From: Kordia sp.
GTDB taxonomy: Bacteria; Bacteroidota; Bacteroidia; Flavobacteriales; Flavobacteriaceae
Length of the DNA: 64,000 nt
NCBI RefSeq assembly: GCF_045105435.1
Contig: NZ_JBGCDL010000137.1
Coordinates: 407 to 64,406, forward strand
Direction: 5' to 3'
The notes under the pieces were generated by a model. It was not told the origin of the DNA and searched no databases. It was given only the letters and a program-made list of their open reading frames with translations. A program made the position numbers and the translations under genes. Positions 10,197 to 18,362 of the stretch are shown one piece after another (within the stretch, counting starts at the first letter, position 1; each line of letters starts with the position of its first letter).

Positions 10197-11429
10197 CTAA
10201 TCATTCACAAACTTTTTACAATCTGTATAGAATTTTAAATACTCTTTATATCGAAAAGGGAATATAGCCTCGTCAATATATTTGTCTATTAGCTTTACAA
10301 GATTGATAGCCTTTTTATTTTCATTTTTTTCAAAAAAACCACTTATTTCATACAAAGCCATAATTCTAAAATAACACACGTCTTTTATATCACTATCATT
10401 ATAGACATTTACAATTTCGGTCATTTTCAACATTCGCTTTATCAATTCATAATTGACGTTAATTATTGTATCTTTTTCTTTAGAAACCAATAGCTTATCA
10501 ACAAGTAATCCTTCTGAAATATACGCATCTAAACTCAACCTTGTATTTGGTTTAAATCCTGTAGTAAAATAGATATCTCGTTTAAATTTATTTTGTTTTA
10601 AAAAACTTAGCAATATTCGATCTCCACGAAAAATGTATTCATCATAACTAGGTTTAAGTATCCACGAAAAATCATCAATAGTAATTAATTTGTCATTCCA
10701 TTCGATATAATCTATAGTTTTGAGTTCTTCATTAGAAATATCGAATGAAATAATTGAATTTTCAACTAGGTATTTAGGATACCATTTCGATTCTAACAAC
10801 GTAATATCTACCACAGAAATATCTTCCCGAAAATTTTCCACAGTTTGTAAATAATTCAGCGAAAAAGTAGGGATATCTCCTAGAGAAAATAACACTGCAT
10901 TTTTACTACAGGCATTTAATTTTTCTTTGTACAATTGAAGTTTATATGCACTAAATCCGCCTCTTTTTTCAGCTTGTTTAAATGCCCAAATTGCAGAATC
11001 TTTTTTCTTATCATATAAATATTTTAGCGCTAAACCACTCCAGTCAGCAGCTATTTTATCATAAGGGTTGTGTCCAATTATTTCTCCTTTATATTTGGGT
11101 GTTAATTTGATGATTTCTTCAAATTGTTCGCTTGCTTTTAAAACAAGGTCCAAATTTGCATTGATCATAACACTACTGTCATTTGCATTTTTTCGGCTGT
11201 AGGCATATCCTAAAAAGTATCTTGCTTCCGTATTATCGGGGCTTTCTTTTACGGTAGCTTCTAAAAGTTGAATAAATTCTTCGTAGTCAACTTTGTTATA
11301 GGCTTCTTTGTCTAAATTTTCTATTCGTTTAAATTCATTCTTTATTCTACTATCTAACTCTAAATGATCTGTTTGACCATAAGAAATTACACTAAACAGA
11401 ACTATAAAAATAACTACTACATATTTCAT
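10197..11429 (-). CDS. Secreted TPR-like protein with a DUF2723-like extracytoplasmic domain; likely start 11429 (track gives 11480)
   Basis: Signal peptide MKYVVVIFIVLFSVISYG and TPR-like PDNTEARYFLGYAY. NAVLFSLGDIPTFSLNYLQTVENFREDISVVDITLL resembles the C-terminal part of DUF2723 proteins. Confidence 0.6.
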   Translation of the reverse strand: MKYVVVIFIVLFSVISYGQTDHLELDSRIKNEFKRIENLDKEAYNKVDYEEFIQLLEATVKESPDNTEARYFLGYAYSRKNANDSSVMINANLDLVLKASEQFEEIIKLTPKYKGEIIGHNPYDKIAADWSGLALKYLYDKKKDSAIWAFKQAEKRGGFSAYKLQLYKEKLNACSKNAVLFSLGDIPTFSLNYLQTVENFREDISVVDITLLESKWYPKYLVENSIISFDISNEELKTIDYIEWNDKLITIDDFSWILKPSYDEYIFRGDRILLSFLKQNKFKRDIYFTTGFKPNTRLSLDAYISEGLLVDKLLVSKEKDTIINVNYELIKRMLKMTEIVNVYNDSDIKDVCYFRIMALYEISGFFEKNENKKAINLVKLIDKYIDEAIFPFRYKEYLKFYTDCKKFVND

Positions 11430-11526
11430 TGAACGTCGTTTTCTTATTTGTATAAAGTGAATTGAATAAATAAAAATCAAGAATTTTTGAAAGCTTTGAA
11501 ATTATATTCAGCTGTAAAGTAGTAAT

Positions 11527-12465
11527 TTAAAACCCATAATTCACGCCCAAACCAAGTACTTCACGCGTCTGAAAACCTCTAAAGGCGTTATCATCATAAA
11601 TGGTTTGAAAGTTAATATTTGTGGAAAGGTATTTATTAATTGTCATTACAAGATTTACATTATAATCAATATCAACATTTTCAGGCTTTTCTAGATAATT
11701 GGCATATACATTCAGAATATTTTCCATGACAATGTTTTTAATCAATTTAAATTTATAATACCCTGAAGCATACATTCCTAATTCGTATCGAATACTTTCG
11801 TCTTCCGTCACTCCAAAATATTCTTCATTTGGTAAGGTAAAATCTTTATCGACAATAGTTACTTTAGAAGTTCCTGGTGCAATATTGAGTTTTAAATCAT
11901 CTCTTTTTTTCCACAAAACTCCTGGACCAAATGAAAGATATGCAGGCGATAATACATTCGTGTTTTGCATGCGGATTTCTTTTCCATTTTCATCGGTATC
12001 AAAACGAAATCCTTTAGTTATTTGTGTCCTGAAGTTTAAAAAGCCTGAATAAAACCAATAATTTTCTCCTTTTTTACCAACAACTGAATTTAGTTCAAAT
12101 CGATCATCAGTTTTTCTGGTGAATTCACTGTTTTTAGTTTGTGTTAAACCATATGCAGCTACAATTCTAGTGTCCCAATCCCAATTTTCTCGATGATATT
12201 TTAACTCGTATTTAATTCCTAAAGTTCCTGAAATACTATTTTCTCCACCAGCTGCCCAATTGGAAAATGCTGCCTGATTGAATAGAAACGATACGTTTCC
12301 TTTTGATCGCCAACCTTTTGGAATAGTATCTTTTACAGGAACAATTGGCTTCTGTACGGTAAGCGATTTTTGTATAGCGGCTTCTGCTATAGTAGGCTTT
12401 TTTACTTCTTGCGCGTTAGCCGTAAATCCTAAAAATAGAAAACAAAGAGTTATTAGATACTTCAT
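11527..12465 (-). CDS. DUF3078-family outer-membrane beta-barrel protein
   Basis: FNQAAFSNWAAGGENS, RKTDDRFELNS, FLNFRTQ and a terminal GLGVNYGF. Confidence 0.85.
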   Translation of the reverse strand: MKYLITLCFLFLGFTANAQEVKKPTIAEAAIQKSLTVQKPIVPVKDTIPKGWRSKGNVSFLFNQAAFSNWAAGGENSISGTLGIKYELKYHRENWDWDTRIVAAYGLTQTKNSEFTRKTDDRFELNSVVGKKGENYWFYSGFLNFRTQITKGFRFDTDENGKEIRMQNTNVLSPAYLSFGPGVLWKKRDDLKLNIAPGTSKVTIVDKDFTLPNEEYFGVTEDESIRYELGMYASGYYKFKLIKNIVMENILNVYANYLEKPENVDIDYNVNLVMTINKYLSTNINFQTIYDDNAFRGFQTREVLGLGVNYGF

Positions 12466-12531
12466 AGTATATCACAAATAAGATATCAAAAATATAGACT
12501 AAACATTGAAAATCAAAATACAAGAAACAAA

Positions 12532-12559
12532 AAAAGCGTTTCCATCTGGAAACGCTTTT
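12532..12559 (-). terminator. Intrinsic terminator
   Basis: Perfect stem aaaagcgtttcca-tc-tggaaacgctttt downstream of the 12583-13506 gene. Confidence 0.8.
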
Positions 12560-12582
12560 CTATACTATTGTTGGACTGTATT

Positions 12583-13506
12583 TTATAAGTTGTAGCTTAA
12601 TCCAATGGTCCAGTATGATTGTAATTTGTTGTCTACGTTATCAAATGTAGTTCCTGCATTTCCACTTGCAAGGTTGAAGTTTACAGCTTCTTGCTTGTTT
12701 TGTCTTAATCCGAAATCAAAACCAACACCGATCATTTTCCACAATGTGTAGCTAAATGAGTTTGTCCATGTCCAGTTTGAAAAATCACTACTCTTGTAGC
12801 TTTGAAACATAGATAAGTTTGTTTTGAAGTTGATAGCACCAATACTTCTTGTATAATCTGCAACAATTTTTGCTCCTAAAGAAGACTCAAATACACTATC
12901 ATTATCAGCAAATACAAAGTTGTAGTTTAATGGGTGAATTACTACAATTAAGTTTGTAATTGGCGTCCAAGTAGCACCAAAACCAACATCTAAATATCCA
13001 GGATCGTTGAAGTTGCTTAAGATTGTAGTTCTGTATTCTGCCAATCCAGAAATTGCGAACTTTTCGCTTATTTTACGACCGTATAAAGAGCTTAGATTGA
13101 AAACATCTGTTGCTTCTCTAAATTTGTCGCTATCTGTTGGATCGTCTGTGTTGTCCAATTTTACCCAAGCTAGGTTTACATTAGCACTGTTGTTCCAGAA
13201 AAATTTCTCTTGATTTAAGTTTGCAAATGCATTTACAGTAAATCCGATGTTTCCTGAAGCGTTATTAGGAATTCCTTGTGCGTACCAATTGCTGAATTCT
13301 GAAATGCTTCCACCAATAGTTCCGAAAGCTCCTTTTCTCCATCCTGGAAGTGCATCAATTTGTGCTTGTATAGCGTTTGCTTCTCCTTGTAAGGCATCAG
13401 CAGCAGCTTGCTTTTCCGCTTTTTGTGCTTTTAATTCTTCTTTTGTTTGCGCATTCATAGAACTCATTCCTAAACATAATGCGATGGCAAATACGATTTT
13501 TTTCAT
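12583..13506 (-). CDS. DUF3078-family outer-membrane beta-barrel protein (second paralogue)
   Basis: Signal peptide, short coiled coil, GWRKGAFG...FSNWYA and a terminal GLSYNL. Confidence 0.8.
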   Translation of the reverse strand: MKKIVFAIALCLGMSSMNAQTKEELKAQKAEKQAAADALQGEANAIQAQIDALPGWRKGAFGTIGGSISEFSNWYAQGIPNNASGNIGFTVNAFANLNQEKFFWNNSANVNLAWVKLDNTDDPTDSDKFREATDVFNLSSLYGRKISEKFAISGLAEYRTTILSNFNDPGYLDVGFGATWTPITNLIVVIHPLNYNFVFADNDSVFESSLGAKIVADYTRSIGAINFKTNLSMFQSYKSSDFSNWTWTNSFSYTLWKMIGVGFDFGLRQNKQEAVNFNLASGNAGTTFDNVDNKLQSYWTIGLSYNL

Positions 13507-13623
13507 TTGTTTATTTTATTAGGTTAAATAGTCATTTATAAATTGCCTTTGCTTCTATGGTTGATACACAACGCATTACAATGACAGATTATAGTGACAG
13601 TCGTTTTTTTACTTTTGCGATGG

Positions 13624-13631
13624 CAAATATA
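13624..13631 (-). promoter_or_regulatory. Bacteroidota -7 box (TATATTTG)
   Basis: Exact TAnnTTTG match on the minus strand upstream of 13506. Confidence 0.55.
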
Positions 13632-13701
13632 CTTCTTGCCTATCAGTTCACAAAAATATCACAAAATATTTAAAGCTATGACAATCAGTTAATTAAAAAA
13701 A

Positions 13702-14217
13702 TTAGGAGCGTTTCTTTTTTTTGTAAAGAGGAACAGCCGAACAAGCTTCGCCATACATAATGCTTTTGGCAACACCGTGTAGTTTTCCTGCCATCATCGC
13801 GTATGCGTTGTCTGGTATGGGTTTGTTAGCACAACCTTTTATAATAACTAGCTTATCTTGATATGCAGAAACATCTAAATTCCCTATGATTTCTTGATAA
13901 ACAGCCGTTTCTAGATTTTCTAAGGTGCCAATTATGACTTTTTCGACAAAAGGTGTCATATTCACGCTAATTAACATATATGCCCACGCAGGAATAATAG
14001 CATCCGTACTACAACAAAGCGCTACATACTGGTTTTGGTGTTGCGACCAGTCGTATTCGTCAATGTATTTACGGAATTCTTTTTCGCGAAGAATTAATCC
14101 TTCCATCAACCAATCGGAAATATCAAATAATACACGTTCGCCGTTTGGATAATAATCTTCCAAATCGAAGGTAATTAATTTACTTTGTGCAACTCTATTG
14201 ATTATTTCGTCTGCCAT
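13702..14217 (-). CDS. DUF2480-family protein
   Basis: EIINRVAQSKLITFDLED, GLILREKEFR, DAIIPAWAYML and KSIMYGEACSAVPL; usual neighbour of flavobacterial suf genes. Confidence 0.9.
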   Translation of the reverse strand: MADEIINRVAQSKLITFDLEDYYPNGERVLFDISDWLMEGLILREKEFRKYIDEYDWSQHQNQYVALCCSTDAIIPAWAYMLISVNMTPFVEKVIIGTLENLETAVYQEIIGNLDVSAYQDKLVIIKGCANKPIPDNAYAMMAGKLHGVAKSIMYGEACSAVPLYKKKKRS

Positions 14218-14221
14218 GGTT

Positions 14222-14548
14222 TTATAGTAATCCTAGTTCTAGTTTTGCTTCTTCACTCATTAAATCTTTGTCCCAAGGCGGTTCAAAAGTAATTTCGACA
14301 GTCGTTTCATTTACTTCACTAAGCGATTTTACTTTTTCTTCTATTTCTAGCGGAAGCGTTTCTGCAACAGGACAATTTGGCGATGTTAATGTCATTAAGA
14401 TTTTTACATCTGAAGTTTCATTGACAAAAACATCATAAATTAATCCGAGTTCGTATATATCTACCGGAATTTCTGGATCGTAGATTGTTTTTAAAACACG
14501 CACTATTTTTTCGCCCAAGGCAGCTGTATCTATTGTAGTTTCTGACAT
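14222..14548 (-). CDS. DUF59 (SufT-like) Fe-S cluster assembly protein
   Basis: IYDPEIPVDIYELGLIY, MTLTSPNCPVAE and FEPPW...MSEEAKLELG. Confidence 0.92.
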   Translation of the reverse strand: MSETTIDTAALGEKIVRVLKTIYDPEIPVDIYELGLIYDVFVNETSDVKILMTLTSPNCPVAETLPLEIEEKVKSLSEVNETTVEITFEPPWDKDLMSEEAKLELGLL

Positions 14549-14549
14549 C

Positions 14550-14972
14550 TTAGTTTAATTGTGTTTGATACGCAACCGCGTACAATTTTAATTTTTTAAT
14601 CATACTTACCAATCCGTTGGCTCTTGTAGGTGACAAATGTTCTTTTAAACCAATTTCATCAATAAAATGAGTATTGGCATCTATAATTTCCGCCGGTTTT
14701 TGGTCTGAAAATGCACGAATTAAGATGGCAATAATTCCTTTGGTAATAATAGCATCACTATCGGCTGTAAAAACTAATTTATCACCTTCCATTTCTCCAT
14801 GAACCCAAACTTTACTTTGACAACCTTTAATAAGGTTTTCGTCTTTCTTTAGGCTTTCATCAATTAATGGAAGCGATTTTCCAAGGTCAATCATGTATTC
14901 ATAGCGTTGCATCCAATCCTCAAACATGGCAAACTCGTCTACTATTTCGTCTTGTATCTCTTGTATCGTCAT
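14550..14972 (-). CDS. sufE: SufE sulfur acceptor; likely start 14972 (track gives 14996)
   Basis: WMQRYEYMIDLGKSLP, IKGCQSKVW, FTADSDAIITKG and LSPTRANGL. Confidence 0.93.
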   Translation of the reverse strand: MTIQEIQDEIVDEFAMFEDWMQRYEYMIDLGKSLPLIDESLKKDENLIKGCQSKVWVHGEMEGDKLVFTADSDAIITKGIIAILIRAFSDQKPAEIIDANTHFIDEIGLKEHLSPTRANGLVSMIKKLKLYAVAYQTQLN

Positions 14973-15023
14973 TTTTTCTTCGTGTATACGATTCATATAT
15001 CAGACGCAAAAATACAACAACTA

Positions 15024-15482
15024 TTACGGTTTATCAACAGCTTTTGCCATTGCTTGTATTTTATTTACCAAAGCGGCAAGTTCTTTTGGCGGATTTCCGT
15101 GTCCGAATTTAATATCACGTACCACATTTTCTTTATAATTGATTGTTAAAGTAGCAGGAATTGCGGCATCTCGGGCAATATCGTCAGGATTTACAGTATC
15201 ATTTTTAAATTTTTCTGCATCAATTTTATCAAGTAATTCTATAATTTCATTCCAATCTTCTGAAGATACATCTTGTAATACAGAAACTTTTCCGTCTCTT
15301 ACTTTCTTGTATGCAAATTGCGTCTTAGACAGTTTGATATCTTGATAAAATCCACGAGAAGACGCTTTGTACTCAATAGTAATATCATCTTGCGCATTTT
15401 TTATAGTTTCCTTCTCAGGATTTGAATCGCTACAACCTTTTGCAAATAGCGTGATAGAGAAGAGGCAAAGTAAGAATTTCAT
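15024..15482 (-). CDS. Hypothetical lipoprotein
   Basis: Lipobox-like FAKGC after a hydrophobic leader; 152 aa. Confidence 0.7.
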   Translation of the reverse strand: MKFLLCLFSITLFAKGCSDSNPEKETIKNAQDDITIEYKASSRGFYQDIKLSKTQFAYKKVRDGKVSVLQDVSSEDWNEIIELLDKIDAEKFKNDTVNPDDIARDAAIPATLTINYKENVVRDIKFGHGNPPKELAALVNKIQAMAKAVDKP

Positions 15483-15520
15483 GTGTCGTGATTTTTAAAT
15501 TTGGTAATATAATGATACAA

Positions 15521-15548
15521 AAAAAGACGCCAATATTGGCGTCTTTTT
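15521..15548 (-). terminator. Intrinsic terminator
   Basis: Perfect stem aaaaagacgccaa-ta-ttggcgtcttttt downstream of the metalloprotease gene. Confidence 0.8.
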
Positions 15549-15574
15549 GATATTAAATTTAGCACTTTATATGT

Positions 15575-16621
15575 TTAGTTTACTAGACTAGCTCTTGCTC
15601 CTCCAGAAACTAACACTCCACGCATTCTACTTTTTTGTCCATTACTAAACATGTTCATACACGCATCGTTTGTATAATCCATGTAGTTCATTGTCATGTC
15701 TGTTGAACGACAGTTTGTCGTTGGGAATGATGGACATCCGTAGTTTGGCGCATCAGAAGTTGGTGTATCAGAAACAAAATCATCTCTGTTACATCTTCCG
15801 TCTCCCCAAATGTGACGTAAATTTAAGTAATGTCCAACTTCGTGCGTTGTCGTTCTTCCTTCATCAAATGGAGACGCTACAAAACCTGTAGTTCCAAAAT
15901 ATTGTGGTCCAACTACGATACCATCTGTTGCAGAATTTCCACCTGGAAATTGAGCATATCCTAAAATTCCACCGCCAATATTACAAACCCAAATATTCAT
16001 GTGAGTTGAAGGTGTTACTGGTGGATATGTAGATTTTACTAAGTCGTTTGTTCCCCAAGAAGTTCTTGAGTTAGCATATCTGAATGTTCCTGCTAAACTA
16101 AACTGAATTTCAGTATCAGCAGCTACACCAGCAAATAATGAAGGCGTTTGGTTTGCATCATTGTTTGTTCTTCTGAAATCATCATTTAAAACAGCCATTT
16201 GCGAATTTACTTGTGCATCGCTTATGTTTTCGTTGTTATTACTGTACACAACATGTACATATACAGGTATTGTTACTACTCCTAAATTATCACCTGGATC
16301 AACTGGATCACCGCCACCGCCATTGTTTCCGCCGCCGTTACCGTTACCGTTTCCTGGTTTTTTTGCAATTGATCTTTGTCTGTAATTTTTCTCTATCTCA
16401 TACATGCTACCAAATAACTCAGCATCTTTATCAAGTTGCGCATTTAGTTTTTGCATTGTAAAGCAGCCGCCAGCAGCTTTCTCTGTATTTTCTGTATATA
16501 AGTAGAAGTCGCTCATATCTGCGTTTTGTTCTTCTACTTCGGTTGTGTTTGCAGTCTGGTCATCACTACAAGACACCATAATCATAGCAATTGCTGCCAT
16601 GCTTAAAAGAAGTTTTTTCAT
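15575..16621 (-). CDS. Zinc metalloprotease, peptidase M43 (ulilysin/pappalysin-like) lipoprotein
   Basis: Lipobox MVSC, Gly/Asn linker, TIPVYVHV, ILGYAQFP, HEVGHYLNLRHIWGD and MNYMDY Met-turn. Confidence 0.92.
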   Translation of the reverse strand: MKKLLLSMAAIAMIMVSCSDDQTANTTEVEEQNADMSDFYLYTENTEKAAGGCFTMQKLNAQLDKDAELFGSMYEIEKNYRQRSIAKKPGNGNGNGGGNNGGGGDPVDPGDNLGVVTIPVYVHVVYSNNNENISDAQVNSQMAVLNDDFRRTNNDANQTPSLFAGVAADTEIQFSLAGTFRYANSRTSWGTNDLVKSTYPPVTPSTHMNIWVCNIGGGILGYAQFPGGNSATDGIVVGPQYFGTTGFVASPFDEGRTTTHEVGHYLNLRHIWGDGRCNRDDFVSDTPTSDAPNYGCPSFPTTNCRSTDMTMNYMDYTNDACMNMFSNGQKSRMRGVLVSGGARASLVN

Positions 16622-16655
16622 AATTTTATTATTAGTGTTTTTGGGTTAATTGCCA

Positions 16656-16663
16656 CAAATGTA
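16656..16663 (-). promoter_or_regulatory. Bacteroidota -7 box (TACATTTG) for the metalloprotease
   Basis: Exact TAnnTTTG match 34 nt upstream of the ATG. Confidence 0.55.
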
Positions 16664-16823
16664 TTCTTTTTTATGACTAATTTAACAAAATCCTTAATTT
16701 TTTAGATTAAATGTAGCTTTTTGATTAATTCGTTACATATAAGACAATTTAACAACTATCACCTTACAAACGATTGACATTATGATTACCGACGAAATAC
16801 ATCATTTTTTTCAAAATTGAGAC

Positions 16824-16854
16824 AAAAAAAAGAATCGACCAATAGATCGATTCT
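16824..16854 (-). terminator. Probable intrinsic terminator after sufS
   Basis: agaatcga...tcgattct stem followed by a U-run on the minus strand. Confidence 0.5.
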
Positions 16855-16886
16855 GTAGATAAACTGTTATTTATGTGTGGTTTATG

Positions 16887-18104
16887 TTACGAAAGCATCA
16901 TTTTTGCTTTTGTAATGGCTTCAATAAACACATCAATTTCTTCTTTGGTATTGTAAAAAGAAAAAGAAGCTCTTACCGTTCCTGGAATTTTATAGAAATC
17001 CATAATTGGTTGCGCACAGTGATGTCCCGTACGAACGGCAATTCCGAGTTTGTCTACAATAGTTCCAATATCGTACGGATGAATTTCTCCTATGTTAAAC
17101 GAAATTACCGCAGTTTTTGCACCAGTACCATAAATAGTAACATCGCCAATGGCTAGTAATTTTTCGGTAGCATATTCCAACAATTCGTTTTCATAAGCAG
17201 CAATAGCTTCAAAACCGATTGCATTCATATAATCGAGTGCGGCACCAAAAGCAATAACGCCACAAATATTTGGTGTTCCTGCTTCAAATTTATGTGGCAA
17301 ACCTGCGTAGGTTGTTTTTTCAAACGTAACCTGATCAATCATTTCGCCGCCGCCTCTATATGGCGGTAATTTGTTTAACCATTCTTCTTTACCATATAAT
17401 AAACCAACTCCTGTGGGTCCACAAATTTTATGTGCCGAAGCAACATAGAAATCTACATTTAACGCCTGTACATCAGCTTTGATATGCGGAGCAGCTTGCG
17501 CGCCATCAATTAAAACTGCTGCACCAACTTCGTGTGCTTTTTCAATAATAAATTCAATCGGATTAATAACTCCTAATGCATTTGATACATGATTACAAAA
17601 AACCAACTTTGTGTTTTCATTCAACAAAGAAATGTATGCTTCCATGTCTAGTTGTCCACTTTCATACATTGGAATCACTTTTAAAACGGCTCCAGTATGT
17701 TCGCACAACATTTGCCAAGGCACTATATTTGAATGATGCTCTAAGGCAGAAACAATAATTTCGTCGCCTTTTTTTAACAAGGAAGAAAAACCATTTGCCA
17801 CCAAATTAATACTGTCTGTTGTTCCAGCAGTAAGAATCATTTCGTATGGTTTTGCTGCGTTAAAATGCTGCTGTATTTTTATACGTGCTTCTTCATACGC
17901 ATCGGTTGCTTCTTGACTTAGCGTATGCACACCACGATGAATATTTGCATTGTAGCGAGAATAATAATCCACAATACAATCAATTACTTGCTGTGGCGTT
18001 TGCGAAGTTGCCGCGTTATCGAAATAAATTAACGGTTTTCCATTTACTTCTCTCGTAAGCACTGGAAAATCTTTTCGTATCTTTTGTATATCTAGCATGG
18101 TCAT
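16887..18104 (-). CDS. sufS: Cysteine desulfurase SufS
   Basis: YFDNAATSQ, NANIHRG, EHHSNIVPW, DGAQ, SAHK, KFEAGTP and RTGHHCAQP. Confidence 0.96.
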   Translation of the reverse strand: MTMLDIQKIRKDFPVLTREVNGKPLIYFDNAATSQTPQQVIDCIVDYYSRYNANIHRGVHTLSQEATDAYEEARIKIQQHFNAAKPYEMILTAGTTDSINLVANGFSSLLKKGDEIIVSALEHHSNIVPWQMLCEHTGAVLKVIPMYESGQLDMEAYISLLNENTKLVFCNHVSNALGVINPIEFIIEKAHEVGAAVLIDGAQAAPHIKADVQALNVDFYVASAHKICGPTGVGLLYGKEEWLNKLPPYRGGGEMIDQVTFEKTTYAGLPHKFEAGTPNICGVIAFGAALDYMNAIGFEAIAAYENELLEYATEKLLAIGDVTIYGTGAKTAVISFNIGEIHPYDIGTIVDKLGIAVRTGHHCAQPIMDFYKIPGTVRASFSFYNTKEEIDVFIEAITKAKMMLS

Positions 18105-18117
18105 TTTTCTAACAATA

Positions 18118-18125
18118 CAAAGATA
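18118..18125 (-). promoter_or_regulatory. Bacteroidota -7 box (TATCTTTG) for sufS
   Basis: Exact TAnnTTTG match 13 nt upstream of the ATG. Confidence 0.55.
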
Positions 18126-18362
18126 CTAACTATTCGTAGAATCCTACATCACATTCGTAAGGAAATCAGTTGTAATTGTAACAGCAGTCAACGCTATATT
18201 CATACTTTTAATCGGCTTTCCAAAATTCTTTCAAAAAACAAATGATTCCGTTTCCATATTTTTCTCGTAATTTGTTCCACTAGCAAACACAAGTGTAGTC
18301 TGTTTTATTTATTTGATTTACATTGTGAAAATTAGTATTTTTCTTGACGCAAAATCGAAGTA

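Noticed and set aside
16310-16360. Gly/Asn-coding repeats (ccgcc/ccgtt) as a contingency locus
   Set aside because: In-frame, imperfect low-complexity linker of the M43 protease, with no frameshift.
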